DNA of 64,000 bases. Origin: Nemertoderma westbladi (taxonomy: Eukaryota > Animalia > Xenacoelomorpha). The notes beneath the pieces were generated by a model. The model worked only from the letters and a program-made list of their open reading frames with translations, ran no database searches and was not told where the DNA came from. Positions 58,001-64,000 of this stretch are shown in pieces. The position numbers and the translations under genes are program-made. The stretch covers positions 1 to 64,000 of the forward strand of contig JAUCBJ010003333.1 in the NCBI GenBank assembly GCA_032718475.1, given 5' to 3'. Every line of letters starts with the position of its first letter. Within the stretch, counting starts at the first letter, position 1.

Positions 58001-59830
58001 AACTATTAGCCGATGATATTTAAATGCATCTTCTTGCTTCTCGTTAATAAATTCATTCAACAATGGATGTAAAGACCAAAGTTCAAAACCTGAATTATAG
58101 GATAGAAGAGATTTATTTACCAGATTATTCAATGTAAATATTGTATCGAAAATATCTAAATCCCAGAAGAATGCAACAATTTCTTTTTGAAATTGTTGAC
58201 AGCCAACTTGTGAAAAAAGAGCAAGATTAATATAACGGTCTCTATCTGCCTCTGATAGATACTCAATACTGAGTTCGATTGTTGAATTGATTGAATCTTT
58301 ATATTTCAACTTTGACATTTTTCTCCCATCTATTTGACATAGACGATCTTCAATATTGCTCCATGTTACTTGAGGATTGTATTTCTTTATGGCCCCTACT
58401 ATGTTTACTGCCAAAGGTGAGCCATGGCATTTAGAAATTAAATGTTTAACTTCCATCATCTTTAAAATTTCTCCATCTCCAAGCCATTTTGCAAGTAACT
58501 CAAAACATTGAAGTTCACTTAATCCAACCTTAACTTCAATTTCAGATACATTGGTAGAGCAATCAGAATAAATACACATCTTATCACGTGTTGTCAGCAT
58601 AATTAGGCAATTTATATCGAAAGCTTCTGTTACAAATTCATCCCAAACATCATCTAAAACTATCAATATACGTTTTGAGGGAAACTTGTGAATTAATTTA
58701 TTCAATGCATTTTTGCAGCTCTTAATACTAAACAACTGGCTGACTAATTGAGAACTTGTTTCATCTAACATTAAACAGATTTCTTTCATTTTCTGCAGGA
58801 GACTATTTTCACCACCAGGACTGACTCCCAAAGGTCCAATATTCTGCCAAATTATACCATCGGGAAACGATTTTATAATAACTTCATCGTTTACGGCATC
58901 GATTGCCAAAGTTGTTTTCCCTATGGCAGCCATTCCCGATATAACTACCCAACCTGGTTGACCTTTCAGCTCATTCAGACCCTTTCTAACCTTTTCTACC
59001 ATGTCGGGGCGGGGAATGTGATAATTGGGAACCCTTGGAATTAACCAGCGCGGAAAATCAGGTGGAATTTGTGGAACAAATTCTAAAAGGTGTGCTGATT
59101 TTGCTAAATAATCATATATTTGTGGATGTGATATAATAGAATTTCCATCTGTACCTCGATGCACAATGTTATAATTCCTCAACACTGGTAATAAATCCAC
59201 TTTAACATCATCCCCAGCTTTTTTTTTATTTAGGATATTGTTAACTACTTTACAAACATAATGTATGAAAGTCGACCCCTGGTCTTCGTACATTGGTAAA
59301 GTCTCACCTGGACTGCAACCGATTGCTACAGCTGTATGTTCAAATATACGATCAGAGAAATTTAAATCGAAGTCTGGATAAGGGTTTGATTGACAGGCTT
59401 CTACAAAGAATATCCGAGGTTTTGGAACCGGACCACTTAGTGCCAAACATTCTGTTGAGAATAGTTCCACAATTTTTTTTATAGGTACTGTTACTTCGTT
59501 GGAACAAACAAGCTTACCCTCAATTCCATGACTCATAAGGAATACAAATAAACACTCAATGTCATTTAATTGTTTCTGATTACTAAATTCAGTTAGGAAT
59601 TGTATCAACTCATCATCTGTTATGTTCTTCTTCACTTCACCTTTCTCATCTATATATTCCACTATCTCACAACCCAACTTGCCTCCAAATATTTCCTTAA
59701 TGATTTTTACATCATGTGATGACCCTTCTCCTCTGTCAGAGTATTTAGTACCGCGATAATCTGTAATATTTATTATCAGACATAATTGTTTACCATCTCC
59801 TGTAATTTTGTATGAGTTTGATTCCGCCAT
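43713..59830 (-). CDS. APAF1-like: Caspase-domain/NB-ARC/WD40 fusion protein (Apaf-1-like), 2 exons join(59830..57619, 46084..43713), 1527 aa
   Basis: Donor G|GTAAGT at 57619/57618 and acceptor TTTCATTATTTGCAG| at 46085/46084 join in frame (phase 1). The junction peptide QELCNDENKLYFDLINS resembles Apaf-1 QEVDNGMLYLEWIN. Confidence 0.85.
46206..46390 (-). repeat. 3' LTR of the Gypsy element
   Basis: TGGTATG...CATACCA; matches 51337-51521. Confidence 0.95.
46500..49130 (-). pseudogene. pol: Gypsy pol remnants (PR, RT C-terminus, RNase H, integrase) with stops and frameshifts
   Basis: IADTGADVT; KFAGYIV...LRSFMGL; VDAS...YASIELEA; TDHRPL; NKIADCLSR; HAAHQG...CHQC; GRSPSQIVFGR. The YxDD region is missing at ~48640. 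Confidence 0.9.
49215..49937. mobile_element. 723-bp non-autonomous DNA transposon (MITE) with 8-bp TSD (hAT-like)
   Basis: TSD GATGGGTG at 49207-49214 and 49938-49945. Imperfect TIRs CC(T/A)G..TGGAATCCAT and GCGCGCC subterminal repeats. Removal restores CKKCERIGHFTHLC. Confidence 0.85.
49946..51156 (-). pseudogene. gag: Gypsy gag remnants (ORFs 50782-51198 and 50038-50649)
   Basis: RTKQEDKQSFDDYYIQL, LIVCGIRDEEVRQELL, and a CCHC knuckle split by the MITE. Confidence 0.8.
51337..51521 (-). repeat. 5' LTR of the Gypsy element
   Basis: Matches 46206-46390; followed on the minus strand by a TGG-starting tRNA-type PBS. Confidence 0.95.
51828..51925 (-). repeat. tRNA-derived SINE-like head, copy 2
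   Basis: Similar to 12921-13018, with A/B-box-like motifs. Confidence 0.58.
51935..53040 (+). mobile_element. Decayed L1/Tx1-clade LINE RT fragment
   Basis: KVSQYADD, FSLVSGLEL, LTLLGRATIIKSLILPKFMY, GGIKLPD; many stops. Confidence 0.82.
53753..53873. repeat. Perfect foldback, 58-bp arms and 5-nt loop
   Basis: 53753-53810 is the exact reverse complement of 53816-53873. Confidence 0.92.
54016..57159. repeat. 41-bp tandem satellite, ~76 copies, intronic
   Basis: Consensus GAGTTAACAGACTCCGTCTCATGTCGCACAATCTCCGGATT, head-to-tail with no unique spacers. Confidence 0.96.
57619..59830 (-). CDS. Exon 1: caspase (peptidase C14) domain plus Apaf-1-type NB-ARC, WHD and HD2 (ORF reads on to a stop at 57602 if unspliced)
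   Basis: Caspase motifs CLIINI, FLMSHG, KPRIFFVEACQ, SPG...GSTFI. NB-ARC motifs Walker A GMAAIGKT, Walker B LIVLDDVWD, MLTTRDK, CHGSPLA, LVNKSLL, LHPLL, WIKSKIKFSGPANLIADY. Confidence 0.93.
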
Positions 59831-60014
59831 AACATAAAAGAAGCTTTGTAGTTTATGTTGTTATTAATTGATTTATGCTGTACGCACGTAATTTATCAAG
59901 CTACTTTTGTCAATAAACTAACCAACAAGTTGTCAAAGTGTTTACAATATTTAATTATATATATCTACGCAATTAATATAACTACGTTTTTTTAAACAAT
60001 AACTTAGTTTATAT

Positions 60015-60347
60015 ACTACTACTAATACTAGGTCGAGCGAACTCGGACAGTGGAAATGAGATCCTTCCAGGCTTCCCGATTCTCCATAGTTTGTCGCAAT
60101 TTCGTTTCTCCCAAGTTCAGTATCCCTTTCAAGCTGATCTATATATGTTATGGCCGGTCGGCCACGACTACGCTTTCCATGAGTTGGTCGCCAGAAAAGT
60201 AGATCTGGTATGACCTCGTCTTTACTAAAAGCACGGCGTTTTTATGTGTTGTCTCCAGGTGATGTTTAGGGCTGCCCTCAGGAGTCTTGTGTAGCAACCA
60301 TCAAATCGTTGTTCAAGTGATTTAGTCAGTGTCCAGGTCTCACCCCC
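60015..60347 (-). mobile_element. Short 3' fragment of a second RTE-like LINE family
   Basis: GETWTLTKSLEQRFDGCYTRLLRAALNITWRQH...WRPTHGKRSRGRP; (TAG)n-like tail. Confidence 0.8.
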
Positions 60348-60460
60348 GTTTAAAAAAGTTTAGTTTAGTTTAGTTTATATAATTTCGTAAAATAATATAC
60401 AAAATAATATAAACCTTTATTAATGATTATAATATAGTTTGAGCTGTTAAAAAATCGAGT

Positions 60461-61527
60461 CTACTACTAGGATCTGCATGCTGCATTGCAGCTGCATTTT
60501 TAAGAATGCTGTGCTGGCTTGTCAACAAAATTGCACCGCCACAACTCCCTATCACCCATGACATTTGCTAGATCATCCGCATCTTTAAGGCCAGTGTACT
60601 TTAAGATGCGTCTCAAGAAAGTCATGGGCTGTCCACCATGCTTATTCACTCCATGAGGCTGCCAAAGTACAAGATTATGCACTGGCTGGTCCTCACGGCG
60701 AAAGCAATGTCCTGCAAAGCGGAGGCGATTTTGTTCTAGTGTCAAGGTTGGGGGAACCAATGAGACACCTCCAATGTTATATAGTGTCTGGTTGGAGATG
60801 TGTGCATTGTACTTGACACAATGAACCCGGCGTAGCATTCTTGTGAATGTGCCATCCAGAGATTTGGTGTCCTCAGCAGTTAGAGCCCAGCATGGACTCC
60901 CGTAGAGGAGTACTGGAACTACTGCTGCTCTAAATAATCGGACCTTAAGTTTCCGATTAATTCTCGGTGACTTCCAAATCCTGGAAAGCATATTCAAGGC
61001 TGCCCATGCCTTTCCCTTACGTATTCGAAGGTCCTAACCTGACTTCCGGATCCATGATCCCAGGTAACAGAAGTCGTCCACATGCTCAAGCATACCATCC
61101 TTTGAGCTTATGCTCATCCGATCAGAGACTTGCTGAGGACTTTCAAAGTTAACTGTCAGAATTTTGGTCTTTCTGGAGTTAATAAAAAGACCAACACTAG
61201 AAGCAGCATGTTCTAATGAGCTGAGGAGCCGTTGGGCTCCCTCTAATAATTCTGAGAGTACTCCTAAGTCATCAGCAAAGTCTAGATCAGTTAGGTACTT
61301 GGCAGGATTTCCTCAACTTCTGGAGCCAGTAGGTGGAGTTATCATCACCCCATTATCAATATAATGATCTAAGGACATGCGTAGAACATAGTCAACCACA
61401 ATAATGAACAAGAATGGTGCAAGTGTGTCTCCTTGGAGGACGCCCCATAACACTTCAAATGGTTCTGTGTCACCATCAACAGTAGACACAAATGTTGTCG
61501 AACCATCGTATACTGATCTGATTGCTG
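60461..61527 (-). mobile_element. 5'-truncated RTE-like LINE, copy 2 (near-identical to 40076-41159)
   Basis: Long direct repeat of copy 1; retains ~40 bp before DFADD that copy 1 lacks. Confidence 0.92.
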
Positions 61528-63404
61528 ATGATTGTACATGAGAGATTCGTGTTTGTAAACCAATAGGCAGATAATTGTAATATTAAATACGATAAATATT
61601 TCTTGCCAATAGCTCAGCCTAAGCAATCATAATAATATTGGACCTTGTATAGCAAAGTTGGCGAACAGTGCCTGGTAACCTAGCAACCAATATGATAGGA
61701 GTGGTTTATACATGTTAACCCACCACCCCCCCCCCCCCCCCCCCCCCGCCCTTTCCCTGGCCAATAATTATATGACACCATCGGCACAGCCTATCAGAAT
61801 AGCTATTCGATTAGCCAATCAACATTCCTTACTACATTAATCAGTAGTATCTAATATCGTTTGATTAATTAATGTCGTCAGGCGAGCCACGAAGTTGGCG
61901 GAGTCTTAACAAACTAATACTGTTACTGATTTAGTAAAGTAATAGCTATCCATTATATTATTGTAAAAAAATTTGGAAAATTTTCAGAATACACCTTCTT
62001 GCAATCACTGCCATGAAATAGAACATTTATACCTTAATAAGTTACAACATTTGAAACGGAATGGAAGTAAATATGGTAGAAACAAAAATAGTTAAGATTA
62101 GAAAAGCCGGCCGTCTCACTCAAAATGACTCTTTCACATACTTTACGACTACAAACCCGTCACAATGTCAAATAAGTATGAATACCTCGTGTCACCCTAC
62201 AAACAGCGCTGTGCTTCACCAACCATATAAAAACCAAAATAAAAAAATGTTACGGTGCAATCGGCTCCATTTCTCACCTATATCTGCTCTCGGGCCAGTT
62301 ATAAAGTCTATAACATGTCCCTCGGGTAAATAACTCGTAAAATAACTAAATAACCTGGTAATAAATTATGTTATAAAGTTGGAAACAATTTCTATTAATG
62401 ACAAATTTAAATTCTTATAAAATATGTAACTTTTATAGCTAATAGGAATAGAACAGTTGTCAACAATAAAACAGGGGTAATATTGAAGGGGCACTTTAGC
62501 ATAGCCCGATGTGTGGGCGTTTTTTGAAAATTTTGCAGCATTTTTAAAATAATTTTTTTTTAGTTTTTAAATGGTAACTGGAACAAATATAATATTATGT
62601 TCAAATAAAATAAAACAAGTCGGCAATTTAATCAAATGAACGATCGAAATGAACACAAATTAATTTTAGATAATAATTCTTTAAATGTTCAAGAAAAATG
62701 TCAGCTATTTGTTATATTTTGTTATATATTATTATATATATTATTTTATAAAAAATAATGTTCTAGAACAAATATTTTTACCCTGGAACTTTTTTTTCCC
62801 GAGAAAAAAAACAAGGCTTGCATTAATATAAACCATAAACCTCTAAAACGCGAGAAAGGAGTTGTCACAAGCAATTGAACTATTGAAAGGATTTACAAAA
62901 TTTCGTGCTGGCACCAAAATTGCAAAACTGCACCGAAAAATACAAGTTTGATACGCCTGGTGAAACTCGTATACTGAATATTCTATCGAAACCAGAAACC
63001 CAAAAACCCCTATTGCGTAAAAAAAAACAGGTTCAAAACAATCAATTTACAAAATTGACTTATTTAAAAATTTGGTGCTGCACCAAAATTTGGCCCCGAG
63101 AAAAACAAGTTTGAAATTTTTAAATTAATTTATATGAATTCCATCTAATTGCAAACACCAACAGTCCACTGATGCACCCGTCTAGTTATATTAATATTCA
63201 GTTGAAATATTTCAAATTAATAAAATACTAAGAAGGTATTATATTCTAGTTCAAAATAAATACTAACCAAATATCATCTTCAAACTTACGTGAGGACAAC
63301 ATCTGTTATTCACACACAATAAACTCTCGACGGCTCGTCGTGACTACAACATAAACACTGATAGTTGGATTAACCGTTAAACTCCTCCCAACGTTCCATT
63401 ACAT

Positions 63405-63518
63405 TTAATTATAAATGATTTGTTGTGGGGTGGGTGACGGCGAATAAATATATGTTAAAATACTATAACATATATTTATTCGCCGTCACCCACCCCACAA
63501 CAAATCATTTATAATTAA
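63405..63518. repeat. Perfect foldback, 53-bp arms and 8-nt loop
   Basis: 63405-63457 is the reverse complement of 63466-63518. Confidence 0.9.
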
Positions 63519-63812
63519 TTAACACGCACGGCCGGCATACGGGGTTACAGTGGTTTCTACAACACTGTATAATAGTTATTCTTTGAGGCATGGTTGCCAT
63601 TTCTGGCAGAGCACGGGAATAACATTGTACTTTCCTATGAGTGACGTAAAAAGGCCTAAAAATGATAAAAGAAAAAAGTACTATATCATATATTCCATTA
63701 GATTTACATTTCGGGGCTCGCTAGCCCCCCCCCCCCCCCCCCCCCCTTATTATATATAATTATATTCGAATAAGAAGAATAAATTATAGTTAAATGTTAT
63801 TTTATCTTTTAG

Positions 63813-64000
63813 ATTCAATAATCCCCCTAACAATGGCGGCGATCCTGGAACTCAAACTGATCCCGGGTACCGAGGAGGTTGTATTTGTGTCTCACAACCT
63901 CCCCTGTATCATAAACTCATCGACTCTCTACGAAAAGGAATATCTACCACGATCCGGAGGTTCTATCGATTACTACACAGTCGCGGTTTCTTCGGACGGG
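63813..64000 (+). CDS. Probable coding exon running off the window, WD40-like
   Basis: Acceptor TTTTATCTTTTAG| then an open frame SIIPLTMAAILELKLIPGTEEVVFVS...YYTVAVSSDG, more GC-rich than the flank. Confidence 0.45.

Noticed and set aside
57602-59830. Bacterial contaminant or horizontally acquired caspase-STAND gene
   Set aside because: It has a spliceosomal intron, animal-type caspase motifs, close Apaf-1 motif similarity and animal transposon surroundings.

Overview
AT-rich, repeat-dense eukaryotic (most likely invertebrate animal) genomic DNA. The only well-supported host gene is a two-exon, minus-strand gene (59830-57619 joined to 46084-43713, 1527 aa). It encodes an Apaf-1-like NB-ARC/WHD/HD2/WD40 protein whose N-terminal CARD is replaced by a caspase catalytic domain with an intact His-Cys dyad, i.e. 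a possible single-chain 'apoptosome-caspase'. Its 11.5-kb intron holds a Gypsy element (its gag zinc knuckle interrupted by an 8-bp-TSD MITE), an L1/Tx1 fragment, a perfect foldback and a 41-bp satellite. The left half holds a decayed BEL/Pao element (1.4-9.4 kb) and a nest of two related BEL/Pao elements (A: 14648-35550, non-autonomous; B: 18032-31990, intact pol plus an extra DEDDy-type exonuclease ORF). Neither A nor B has a tRNA primer-binding site. Each instead has a 9-nt PBS complementary to its own LTR, with a compensatory change between the two elements, suggesting self-primed reverse transcription. RTE-like LINE fragments, tRNA-derived SINE-like heads, minisatellites and a WD40-like exon at the right edge complete the window. 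All calls are by eye; no database searches were run.
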